Shown piece by piece: positions 12,766 through 24,214 of a stretch of 64,000 bases of DNA. The first letter of the stretch is position 1; each line of letters starts with the position of its first letter. The position numbers and the translations under genes are program-made. The notes below the pieces were generated by a model. It was not told the origin of the DNA. It did no database searches and was given only the letters and a program-made list of their open reading frames with translations. The DNA lies in contig JAIVFI010000019.1 of assembly GCA_025558095.1 (NCBI GenBank), forward strand, positions 186,001-250,000. The letters are read 5' to 3'. This DNA comes from Hyaloraphidium curvatum SAG 235-1. Its lineage: Eukaryota > Fungi > Monoblepharomycota.

Positions 12766-13070
12766 TCGAGGCCGGGCATCGCCATCACGGCCTTGTTGCT
12801 CGTCGCGCGGCGCTGTCGGAGGAGGCTGGTCTTGGCGAGGATGAGGGAGCCGGTGCAGACTGCGCGATCCCGGGTCAGCAGGGTTCTGAGGGTCAGGACG
12901 GGCAGGATGTGCGGTGAAGGTGGGGACAGGCCGGTGAGGACGAAATTGACGTCTTGGCGTTGGCCTCCTGCGGGAAGCTCCCGTACAGCCGCCGGGCAGG
13001 AACAGTGGTGGGGGGGACGTCTCCATCACCCACTGGCCGCTACCGACGTCCCAGCCAATGCCTCGCCGAA
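12766..13070 (-). pseudogene. DJ-1/PfpI family fragment
   Basis: LFLPGG, then in another frame FVLT(intron)VCTGSLILAKTSLLRQRRATSNK, the nucleophile-elbow motif of the family. Frameshifted and truncated. Confidence 0.65.
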
Positions 13071-13429
13071 ATCAAGCAGTCGAGGCTAAGCAGAAGGGCG
13101 TTGTACACGGCGCGAAGCAGAAGCGCGCCGTGTCGCAGCGGAAGTCCGGGCGCCCGAAGGCCGTCGTCAGCGCCGGTGCGGTTCGGGAGCCCCGAGATGA
13201 CGTTGCTGCGCGGAGACGTGAGCGCGCCGCGCCCGGCCCTTCCCGGCTTGGGAAGTGACCAGATATCATGTAACAGGCAAGGATTTGGCTGCGGGCGCCC
13301 GGAAGCGCGAGGCCCTCGTGGAGTCGGAAACCTCGGACACTTCGGACGAGGAACCGCAGCCGCCGCCGCCCGTCCCGGGTGGACGGCGAAAGCAGGGGAC
13401 GCTGGCGCTGCACGAGATCAAGAAGCTGC
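13058..13429 (+). pseudogene. Divergent histone H3/CENP-A-like N-terminal fragment, truncated before the histone fold
   Basis: Basic tail; intron ~13176-13276; RRKQGTLALHEIKKL matches H3 RYRPGTVALREIRRYQ; sequence breaks at 13429. Confidence 0.6.
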
Positions 13430-14921
13430 CATTTTCCTCGGGCAGATACATGTCGTAGTTCGAATCGTAGCCTGCGAACCGGATGCGATACTTGATCCGG
13501 CGCCCGGCCTTGCGGTGGCCCATGATCGCTTCGACCTCGAACTCGGGGTCGTCGGGATGGTCCACATCTTCGTCGCCGTCGCCAGGTTCTTCAGCCGGCA
13601 CGTCCTCCCAGTCCTCGGCCTCCTCGGATGACTCTGCCACCGCAATCAGGTCGTCCAGGTCCACTGCTTCCACCTTCTCCTCGATCGCAAGCTTTTCCAG
13701 TCGGTTCTCCAGCTCGTCCAGCTCAGCAGCACGAGCGCGGAGAAGATCTCTGCCGTCCCCGACGGCTTCCAGCACGCCGTCGTCCGGCTGGATAGCATGC
13801 GACAAGGCCGTCGCCGGGCCCTGGCGGTACTTGGCGGGCAAGCTGTCCAGATACAGCGTCACCGCAGCCAGCTTTGCTTCCAGATCGTCGACTTTTTCGT
13901 TCAGCATCTCGAACTTGGCGCCCACGACCTTGACCCCGTCGCTCACCGCGTCGACCTTTTCCGACACCATGTCGACCTGATCGGTCACCATGTCCAGTCT
14001 GGCCGACGACAGCTCCGCGTCGACTCGCAGGGCACGAGTTTCGAGGGCCATCTGCAACCCGGCGGAGCGCACCTCGGCCAATCCGGCAGCCAACAAGGCT
14101 GTGGCACATTTCAGCTCGTCGACGTCATCCTGCACGGCGGTGTCGACCATGGGAACGACCGGCGCCGCCTGGGCCCTTTGCAGGGCCGCAACTTGGGATA
14201 CAAGGTCGGCGACAACAGATGCACCCACATCACGCTGGTGCTCGAGCTCCGCCATGCGCGCGGCCAGCGAATGATTGATCTCCGAGGTGTGAAGCATTGC
14301 ACCGGGCACGAGGGCAGGAAATGAGAGTGGGGCGCCGAAGGGGGAAGGTGCGGGCAGGAATGGATGTGCGATGATCGCGCCGCCGAGGTGGTGGGGCGCG
14401 GCCGGCGGGTACGACGGTACAAATGCGCCGTGCTGGGGGCCATCACTCGTAAGCACGAGCGGCAGGTGATGAGGAGTGGGAACGGCGGAAAGGGGATGCG
14501 GGAGTCCAGAGGTGTCCAGGGGGATGCCCTGGGCCGTGAGACCGCGGAGCCTCGCCAAATGAACGGCCCCGCCAATGCGCGGTGGGAGCTGGGCCACCGC
14601 CACCCTCGTGTCGGCGGCCAGAACCGCGACCACGAGGCGGAGGTCGGAGAGGTCCAAGTCGCTGGTCCCGCGGTGGTGGCTGCCATAGTGCTTGTGCAGG
14701 GCATTCAAGGTGCCTGCCCAGTCCTCGTGGCACTCGGGGAACGGGCACAGACATTCACCGGCGGGCCCGGGGACGGCCGATCCGCCGTTCTGGCGGACCC
14801 TCGTCAGCAGCCCGGCGTCCGACGCGGCCAGGTCCACGACGCGGCTGCCGCCCTTGAGGGACACCGCAACAGGGCGGCCGACGCTGTCGAGCCGGACGTA
14901 CGACGTGCGCAGCGAGGTCAT
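13430..14921 (-). CDS. C2H2 zinc finger + coiled-coil + chromodomain protein, 3'-truncated
   Basis: CPFPEC-x13-HYGSH, heptad repeats (VDMVSEK/VDAVSDG/VKVVGAK), acidic linker, chromodomain EFEVEAIMGHR...YRIRFAGYDSNYDMYLPEEN cut before its terminal helix. Confidence 0.75.
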
Positions 14922-15562
14922 GTTCGAGATCCCATTCCGCGTGGTTGTCGCGTCCCACGGTCCCTTTCCTCCCTTCTTTCCTACAAACCGCGCGCTCGTT
15001 GGGATCCGGTGATCTCGCTAGCGACCACGAGCTCGCGCACGTCTGATCATGGCTTTGTAGTCGTGCGCGTGCCGGCAACCTGGCAGTCTTGGTACGAATG
15101 GCCGAGCTGCTGGCTCGCAGCCAGTGAGCGGCGCTCGTGAGCAAAGGCGGGACAAAGCAGCGATAGAGACAGGCAGTGACGGCGCGAATTTTCGGACGGG
15201 ATGCGCTCGCAATGCGCTAGAGATCAAGCCGAAGACGGCCGTTGGTGGGCTGGCTGGATCTGCCCGCTTGGGCACGACCAGCCAACTATTTATAGAACTT
15301 CCGGAAAGGAAATACTGTCTCCGACAGCTGGTCGGAGAGCCCCTTGTCCGGCTCGTCTACAGATTTCCAACTCTGGAGCATCTGAAGTCGTTGCCTTTGC
15401 CGAATTTCTGTTTGCCCCAGCTGCCGTTCACGCGAGGTCACCCGCTCACGCTTCCTGCTGCGCACGATGGTGCCGGACGGCGTCGTGCACGTTCGATTCC
15501 TCGCCTCCGGATAGAATGGAGACGCTGCGACGACTTCCTTTGCTTTTTTCAGGGAGACGCTC

Positions 15563-16531
15563 GTGCGGCACGAGGGCTCGTACTTCCAACGCGTCTTTTC
15601 CCACTTACATGGACTGAACGTCGGACGAGATGCGTCCGAGGTGCCACAGGAGACGTGGCTCGACCGCGACGTTCGCGTATTCCACGACGTCGTGGCACCG
15701 TTCCTGCGCGGCGTGCGCGCCTTTGATTGGGACGCGCTGGGAGGAGATGTGGCCCGCGGGCGCGTGCATGACGAGGCCGCCGTCTACGGACTGCCCGAGC
15801 TGGCTGCGCTCGCCGCTTCTGGTCTCAACTCTGCACGCGCCGATGCGACGCCGGCCGCGACTCCCGCAGGGATGCCTGCGTCGACGGCCGAAGTCGTGGA
15901 CTTTGCCCGGGCCGCGGAGCTCCTGGACGATCCCGAGGAGGCCTGGGTCGAGACGATCGATCCCGGCATTCAGATCAGCAGCTTCATCGTCGCGTCGCCG
16001 ACCGCTTACCGTGTCGAATACGTCGTCGCGCTCAAACCATGGGGCCTCCCGGCGGTGGACGCCGCGGCCCAGCTTTACGCGCCTCCTCCGGGCATCGAGT
16101 TGCGAGGGCAACATGCTGTCGTGCCGCTCGAGGTTGCCAGCGTGCACGGCGGGCGGCTGACGCACTCGGCCGATCGGGACGACGTCGAAGAGGCGTTCTG
16201 GGCTCAAGTCGACGGCGAGTTCAAGCGCGGCCGCGCCCGCGTCATCATGGACGGCGTGCCGGCGGGACAGATGATCGAAACGGCTTATAGGCTGCGCCAG
16301 GCAAACGGGGTGGTCGGAGTGTCGGGATCTGACGTTGCGCCACGGTGGTCGGTGGCCCGCAGTGCTCCCGACGGCTTGGTCCAGGCCACGGGCGCATCAA
16401 CGATTCACGCCGTGCGAGTTGCGAAGCCATACATGCGCTTCCTACTCACCGAGGACGACGAGCTGTGCGTGGACCTTTCGAACCGCATCGAGAGCGACGA
16501 CTTTTACGAGCTCGGGTGGGACACCATGTAG
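15563..16531 (+). CDS. Hypothetical protein (5' exon uncertain)
   Basis: 322-codon ORF with protein-like composition and GC3 bias; no family recognised. Confidence 0.55.
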   Translation: MRHEGSYFQRVFSHLHGLNVGRDASEVPQETWLDRDVRVFHDVVAPFLRGVRAFDWDALGGDVARGRVHDEAAVYGLPELAALAASGLNSARADATPAATPAGMPASTAEVVDFARAAELLDDPEEAWVETIDPGIQISSFIVASPTAYRVEYVVALKPWGLPAVDAAAQLYAPPPGIELRGQHAVVPLEVASVHGGRLTHSADRDDVEEAFWAQVDGEFKRGRARVIMDGVPAGQMIETAYRLRQANGVVGVSGSDVAPRWSVARSAPDGLVQATGASTIHAVRVAKPYMRFLLTEDDELCVDLSNRIESDDFYELGWDTM

Positions 16532-16659
16532 ATCGCGGGGCAGTCTGCGGAAAAGACTGTAATCGAGCACCAACGAAGAGTTCATGACAACGATGGGTTT
16601 CACGCTAATCCGACCATCGGCGCCCATGCACACAGACCAACAATCCTACGTCAGTATCC

Positions 16660-19145
16660 CCAGAGGCTCATCCACCTTTCTGCTTCGCAACTAAGAATCA
16701 GCGTTGCTCGGCGCTGCGAATTACCCACCATCACCACGGGCTTGTAGAGCGTAGGATAGTCCTTCTTGAGCCGGGTCTGATGGGTCGTGGTCAGCAAGGC
16801 AGGCCAAATGGATACTGCGACGTAAGTCGCCCACGTTCACTTCCACGGCGTTGTTGTAGTGATCCCGCTCACGCTCCGTCGGCTTGCCGGCGAAGAAGGT
16901 GACGTGCTGCTCAATCATGGTCCGCAAGTCTTTGAAGACCTCGGCCATGGATCCGTAGGTGCCCTTTGTCAGCTTCTCCACGACCTCCTTGAGGGTGATC
17001 GGCTCGGGGTATTGCAGGTAGAAGCCCGGATCCGAATCCCGGAAGGGCCCATCGTCCAGATATATGGCAAACTGGTAACTATGAACCCAACGTCAATGCA
17101 TGTGCCAGGCCCAGCCCAGCCCGACTAACCCTTCCTTGTCCGCGTACGATCGAATCTTCTTGATGATGTCGAGACCCTGGCTGCGGACTTCGTCGTCGGC
17201 CCTATCCTGTCCGCGGAATCGTTAAGTCAGGCGTCGGTGCCTTGCAGTTCGTTCGGTGAACAACCAACCTGCGCAGCAGAACCTTTGGCAGCCCGTTGCC
17301 GCGACTCTTCAACAACCTCGCGGTACTCGGGCAGCTTCCCGAGGTACTTCTGCGAGCACCATTAGGGACCGAAACTGTTGGATCCCGGTCACCCACCTCG
17401 ATTGCGGTGGCAAACTTGTACGGGTACGAGCCTTGCTTGTTGTAGAACTTGGCGTTCGACACCATCAGGTGGAGGTCACCGAGAAACTCGTAGAAGGATT
17501 CGTAGCCGCCGGTCTTGATGTTTCTCTCAATGTCGGAAAGCGCAATGGGCTCTTGGACGAGTGCCGAGTAGCCAGGAGCGATGTTGTCCGTTGGTATCAC
17601 CTCGAAGATTGAAGCAATGAGATAGCTGCGACGGACGAGCTCAGCTATGCAGTCACTCCGGATCTCGGATCTTGCGCCACGTACCCTTCAGACTCCAGGC
17701 CCCGAATCCCGGCAACGATATCCTTCATCCGCTTCTGGAGCTTCTTGTCCACCTGGTCCACGACATGGGCTCAATGCGGTCCAAACCACAGGGAGGAAAA
17801 TGCCACTGACCTTGGGCACGACCGTTAGGGCAGCCTTGACGCCGGCAGGCCTCTGCTTCCTGTCCGTGGGCGCCTCGTCCTGCGAACGGGACCTCATCAG
17901 ACTCCCAGCAGCGAGCACCAGCGACCGGTATACCTACCTCGTCGACTGCAGTGGCATCCGATGCCGTCGGCGACGCCGGCCGGAGCTGCGGTAGGTCGTC
18001 GCCTTCCGCCTCTTCCTCGTCCGCCGTCAAGGCCACATCTGCCACGCTTTCTTCCTCCTCCTCCTTGTCCTCCTCGTCCAGCACCACAGCCTTGCGCTTC
18101 GCTGCGGCGGGCTTGCGGGGCGCCGGGATCGCGTTTGCCGTGAGCTCCGCGGGGACCTCCGCGCGCTTGCTGCGGGTGCTGCGGTCGCTGCCTTGAGCAA
18201 CAGCTGCCTGGTACTCCTTTGCAACCCTCTTGGAGGGTGCGATCGGTTCGATCGGCGACGGCTCCCGGTCCCGAGGCGGAGCGCCTTCCGAGCGATTCCG
18301 TGGAGGCGCGCGGGCTGCCTTCTTGAGCGCGGCGAGATCTGCGAAGTCGACGGCGCTCAGCTGCCTGAAAGAGAGAGCGAAGAAGCGCCCTACCCGGTAA
18401 AGGAGCATCGTCGTCAGACAAAGCAACGGGTTCTTTCGCCGCCCTTTTCTTGGGACCTCGCGGCTTCTTCGGCGGGTCCGCCGCTCCTTTTTTGCCGTCG
18501 TCGACGACACCTGTCGTGGGTACCTCGAATCTCTACACGGCAGCCCGCGGTCAGCACGGTGTCGGCGAAGTGCGACCGGGCTTGCCTCACCCTCCCGAAC
18601 CCCCTGTCTTTGCTTTCCTTCGGGATCCCACCGCTTTTCCCTTCCTCGCGACGCCGTGCGGCTTCCTGTAGCTTCCGGACCTCCTCGATGCCGGCGGCAA
18701 CCACAAGAGCCTGAGCCGGAGGGCGTGAAACATATGAGCTCTTGGACTGCTTCGAGCCGTCCACTTGCCGACGCACCCTGACTTTGTTCCATGTGTCATC
18801 TTTCACCAGGTTGCCAATGAGCTTCTCGAAGCGAGAGGTGTTCGTCTCGGGGGTGTCGAAAATCTTGAGCGAAAACGCCTCCAGTAGGGCACGCTGCCCC
18901 GGTTCCAGGTGGTTCCAGACGCGCGAATGACTGTCTCGGATAATGTCTCCGAGAAAGAGCTCCGCAGCGGGTCGCTCCGGCTCGTCGTCGTCCGATGAGG
19001 GCGGGGCACGAGGACCTGGACGCGCTTCGGGAGAACGCGCGACCTTTCCGTCGGGTTTTCCGGGGCGACCGCCGTCCGCATCGCGCATCTCGCTTCCAGT
19101 GGCAGCCTTCCCGCCGCCCCTGCGGCCGCGCTGGGGGGCGGACAT
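16660..19145 (-). CDS. Tandem bromodomain protein, multi-exon
   Basis: BD1: APGYSALVQEPIALSDIERNI..GGYESFYEFLGDLHLMVSNAKFYN. BD2: PGFYLQYPEPITLKEVVEKLTKGTYGSMAEVFKDLRTMIEQH. Charged low-complexity N-terminal half. 3' end approximate. Confidence 0.8.
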
Positions 19146-19289
19146 GTCGATGTTCGCGAGCGGAAACTCGCGTCTCCCAACGCCAACAGCTTCCGACGTC
19201 AACAGCTTGACCAATCAACATTCCGACGAGCTGGCAGGCTGGAAAGGGCAGAATAGGCCGTCTATTGCGACGGCAAGGACGCCCCCGGC

Positions 19290-22200
19290 CCGAATGGACG
19301 TTGATCTATTGGTCCGTCCGCGGTAGGAAGCCTGGACAGGCATCAACGATAGATCCGCCGCCGCTGTCAATAGATCCGATATCTCCATTACAAGAACATT
19401 TCAAGAAGAGCATCAGATCTTCCTCTTTGACGGGTGATTGATCCGCCTGCTTCCTCCGGGAGACAAGTGAGCCTCTTCGGAATCCGGTGGCAACCCGCAG
19501 TCGCGATTCCGCTTCGTCACCCCGTCGCGCATCACGGGGCGCTCGTGCGTCCGGCCGCGCGGCTCGCCTTCTGCGGCATTGTTTTTGCGCGCTCCGGGCC
19601 GCGGCAACCTCGTTAGGCCGTCGAGAAAGGCCTCGGAAGCTTCGGACGCGACATCCCGAAACCGGCCCGATGTGGGGCCCCGGGGCTGCACCGGCACCGG
19701 AACACGCGTAGTTTCTCTTGTTCCTCGTCGCCTTGCCACTTGACATGCCTTTCGATTCGAGGAACCCGGATCTGCGATGGGAGGGCCACCGGGCCGGCCG
19801 TTTCGGCAACCTCATTAACCGAACGACTTTCCAAACGGGACTCGAGCAACAGGCAGTGGTCTACGTCATCGAATGTCTTCTCAAGTGCGTTTCCATCGCC
19901 CGGGACCGCGCGGTGCCCCACATGGCGTTCAAGGGAGCCTACGAGGCGGACCGTATCCTGGCGCACCCCGACGTGGACATGATGAGATACGATGACCAAC
20001 TCGGCATCCTCCGGCCGACGGGTAAGTTATCTGAATGCAGCTCAATGTCTCAGACCTCGCTGACGACGCCTCATTCGCAGATTTTAGCCCGCTCACCGGC
20101 GACGTCGAGTACGCGGACAATTACATCGCCACTTCGGAGTTCCACATGTTCGGTGACCATTACCTCGCTTCGTGGGATCGCGACGGCCAACTTTTGTCGG
20201 GACATTGTGAGAGCCGCTTCGGTCTTGGCTTCGGGTCGCTTTCTGATGACCGTTCACGCGTCAGTTCGCGACCCGCTCGAGATCCCTCCCCACTTGTGGG
20301 AGATGATGCGTATAACGGATAACGATCAGGACTTCGAAAAAGCACTGAGGGTCGAATGGCCCGGGCGGCCATGTAGGTTTCGGGTGCATTTCACGGCTGA
20401 CAACAGTTGACATTGCGTCCAGGGGTCTCGGAGGGCACCAAGCCGCCATCGCCTTTCGAGACGTCGTATCGAGCTTTCCGGGATCGGTTCATTGTCCCGG
20501 CAATGCACGAGGATTACGGTCAGGGTCTTGGATTTCCTCTTGCTTTCGACATGCTGACATCTTCCTCCCGACAGAGTGGCCCGACGGAGATCGTGCACCG
20601 CAATTCGACGTCCACGCGGCAGAAGTAGACCCCTCGCCGGCACACCTTCGCTGCATTCCATACCTGATGGGTCACGAGATTGTGAAAGACATCAGTGGAG
20701 AACTGGAGACCAGTGAGTCCATGCATCATGCGTCTTGCACTCTTCCTCAGACTGACTCCTCCTGTAGGCTCTCGAGCACTTTTCACAGAAAACTTCATCG
20801 ACTACTTGGATCGGTTCTTCAGGGCGCTCGTGGACGCCTGTCCGCACACGCAGAACCTCCACCCGGATGACCGCAAGCGTCTTCGTAAGCACTTCATTCT
20901 CGACTGCGTCTTGTTGTCTGACGGGCTCCGCGTCTCTCTCGCAGTCAAGCGTATGCGGCTCCTGGTGTCGCCACGCGTGGTCAAGAGCCGCATGCTCTTC
21001 TTCATGATGCTGTTCTCGTCGGCGTTCCTGTTCGAGGGGATCCACTTCCCGTCCGACGTCGCGCCCTACGTCAACGCCCGGCGCGCAATTGCAGGCATGA
21101 TTTTGTGGGTGCTTTAGCGTGCGTCGATGACTACGATCGTCCCTGATTTCGCTCCATCAGACGTGCTCGGCGATGGCTTCAGACCATCGCCGATTCCATT
21201 CGCGATCTCGCGCCTTGGGATCCAGAAGTTGCTCCGACGGAGGAGAACCTGTCGTCGCGCGTTCATGCTGGTTTCTGGGGATACGTTTTCGAGAATGACA
21301 GGCTCGCCGCGTCGCGCGCGCGTGGCTTCGTGCGGTGAGCTCCGTCGTGGTCATCTCTTATCCACTTTCTCAATCCTTGCAGGCTCATGTCCTTCGCCGT
21401 GCCTCCGCCGGTCAAGACGCACCCCAAGGCCAAGGTCGACCCGCCATTGAAACTCTACTCGTCGCATTGGAACTTCACCGTCGGTGAGCTATGATGTGCG
21501 ACAGGCCGACTGGATCTGTCTCTCACGCCCGTTCCTCATCAGATTCTATCAACATCTCGGGGAATACGGCGGCTCGAATCCTGGCCTTTCTCCGTCTTGC
21601 CGTGAGCTTCCTTCTGCCGATGTCGGCGGCAGTCTTACATTGTCATGTCATGTCACAGGACATCCCTTTTCTTCCACCTGGCTGGCAGCAGCCGGACCTG
21701 CCACCTTTCATACATCGAACCAAAGCTCGTACTCTAACCGGTGGCTTTTTCATCACCGCCAATGGCGCGCCTGCCAAAGGCGACCAACTGGCGCGCATGC
21801 AACTTCGTACCCAGGCCGAGCTCTTTCAACTCGAGCGCAACAAGGCGCTCGTCATGAACAAGCCAGCTTTTGCCGACCGCCCCCAGATCTTCTCCAAGCC
21901 TATCACCATGTACATCAACAAGGGCAACGAGTGGCGTGATGGTATGTCGTTCGTGAGGTTCGGTAGCAGTTGTGGGCGATGACGACGATGCGGCAGGAAA
22001 AGCGAGTGAAGGCCCGATCCCCGTCAACAACTATTTCGTCAACACGAACGCCACCGATTCGTTCCACTCGTATCTGCTCAACACCCGCGGCCTCTTGAAG
22101 TCCGACCCTTTCAAGAAGCGTGAGTTCCACGGCATCGCCGCTGCAGGCTCATCTAACGCAACCCAGGACGACACACGACTTGGCAAGAGCTGAACGGCCC

Positions 22201-24078
22201 GCGGTTTCGTCGTCCGCCGCGGCACTACACGCCGCCGGACCCGGCGCTTGTTGACGGGCAGTTTAACGACCTTACTCTGCAGCCCGTCACGCCACATGAG
22301 CAGTGGTACCAGCCAGGGCAGACCAGTCTTGGGGCCGATCTTGGTGAGAGCTTGGACGCCGCTGCACCGCCGCAGACCGCTGGCTGATGGTGCTCGATTC
22401 CCAGGATTTGCATTCGGCATTGTCCTCGTCAACCTCGACCTCGTCCTGGACCCGCCGGACCCCGTCGGCTTCTACGATGTCGCCGGTCGGGCAAACGTGA
22501 AGGAGACGCAGCGGGAGAATGTGCGGAAGCTTCGCGGCCGGACGATTCAGTGGGTCTTCGTTGACCTTCTGCGCGGACATCTGAACTGATTACTTTGTAC
22601 AGGAAAGTCCAAGGCGGGCAACGTTTCAATGCCCTCATGCGACGCTACAAGACCGACGAGATCAAGGGCAAGTAGCGCACCGCCGTGGTCGGTCTCTCTT
22701 TTTCCTCACGCACTCCAACAGATGCCGAGGACTTCCTCGAGGGACAAGTCGTCGAGTTTGAGCACGGCGCATCGCTGGAGTCCATGGGCTACTATCTCGC
22801 CAAGCGCCACTTTGTCTCGCCCACGTGAGTCGCCTATCGCTCACGCAGTCGGAGCGTTGACTTTGTTTCGGCAGCCTTCGCGAATTCTACATGTCCCGGC
22901 GCCACCGCGCTATGGTCTTTGAGCGTCGCACTACAAGACAGGCCACCAATTACGACCTGCAGCACCACCTGCTCAAGACCGGGGTTTGTCACCTCTCTTC
23001 CCCGCGCCACTGCGACTGAAGTCTACTTCCCGCCTTCCAACAGATGCCATTTACCCTCCGCCGGCCTCGGCCGGGCAACGCGCGCGAGGAGGCGCAGGGG
23101 TACCGCTACTTACCTTTTGCCTGGCCGTTTGCGCGCCGCCAGGCGCCCAACGGCAAGCGGCACCACACTGCCAACCGCAAGACCAAACGAAAGGACCGGA
23201 AGAAGTGGAACGACCCGTCGATCGTCGACAGCCGGTTCCGCGCCCCCGAGTTTCAGCGCCCGCGCGGCTTTCCGAAGCCGGTCCGCATCGCCGTCGGCAA
23301 GAAGGGCACGAATCCGGTTAAGTGCTACCCGCCCATCGGCGTGCGGGTGAGTTGGAAGCTCGGTCATACTCTGCAGCTTCTGAGCGTCGCACCGACAGGC
23401 AATCCTTCGCACGGCCATGTTCGAGGGTGTGCACCTCGATGGCATGCCCGAGACCGGGACCAGCGGCACGTGCATGCCGGCCGTCGTTGCGGACGGAGGC
23501 ACCGGGCACAAGATGAAGTACGGCAAGGTTACGATCACCATTCATGACTCGGATCACCAGTGAGTGATTGCCAGACGCTTCCGCCGACTCTTGCGCTGAG
23601 CATCTGGCGGCGTGGCCAGGACGAGACGCCGGAACGACGGCACCAAGCACCATAGCAAGCGGTTCTGTGTCACGGAAAGGGTCCCTGTCACGCAGTGCAC
23701 GACTCGTGACGAGAAGGGTGAGCTACGGCGCTCTCGACCTTCTTTGGCTCCGTCCTGACGCCCTGCTTTCCCCTTTCCCCCCCTCTAGATGTCAGCACGT
23801 GGCGGCTCTTGGTCTGCGGGGCGGCACAGGCCCAGCAGCACGACCACGGCGGTCACCAGCACCTGATCCTTCCCCGAGCCCGAGGGAGGGACGAGACTGT
23901 CTACAACCGCGACGTGCCCTCCGCGGGACTCATGATCTACAACAACCTCTACGCCACCGAGAACCGCGGCGCCCGCCCGCCGTACAACCGGAACAAGTGG
24001 TATCGCGGCCCCGTGCCGCAGCGGATCTGGGAGGGCCACCCGCCCGACCAGGAGCTCGACGCCGCGGGGATCGGGTGA
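19290..24078 (+). CDS. Spliced XPG/FEN1(PIN)-like nuclease fused to a Fanzor/TnpB-type RuvC endonuclease
   Basis: XPG-like motifs: IFLFDG (19417-19434), GAYEAD (to 19951), ASWDRD (20167-20184), EDYGQGLGFPLA (~20510-20545). Fanzor-like motifs: FVNTNATDSF, LGADLG (D 22337-22339), LREFY..R...FE, VRIAVG, GMPETGTSGTC (E 23450-23452), WRLLVC, YNRDVPSA (D 23911-23913), GARPPY. Introns from ~21.66 kb to the stop splice in frame. Start codon and 5' exon structure uncertain. Confidence 0.78.
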
Positions 24079-24112
24079 GTCGCTCGATCCCCCGGCGTCG
24101 GGCCGGGGGCGT

Positions 24113-24192
24113 CGATACCCTATTACCCGCGATACCCCTCGGACTCTCCTCTATACCACCGTCTCCTCGATACCGTTGGTCGCCCGATACCC
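24113..24192 (+). repeat. Cluster of short CGATACC direct repeats
   Basis: CGATACC at 24113, 24130, 24168 and 24185, plus variant CTATACC at 24151. Confidence 0.7.
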
Positions 24193-24214
24193 TCCTCTCC
24201 TTATTGATAGAGTA

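Noticed and set aside
13430-14921. Chromovirus (Ty3/Gypsy) integrase chromodomain
   Set aside because: No integrase, RT, RNase H or LTRs in the ORF or nearby.
24113-24192. CGATACC repeats as a CRISPR array
   Set aside because: Repeats are only 7-8 bp with irregular spacers of about 10 bp.
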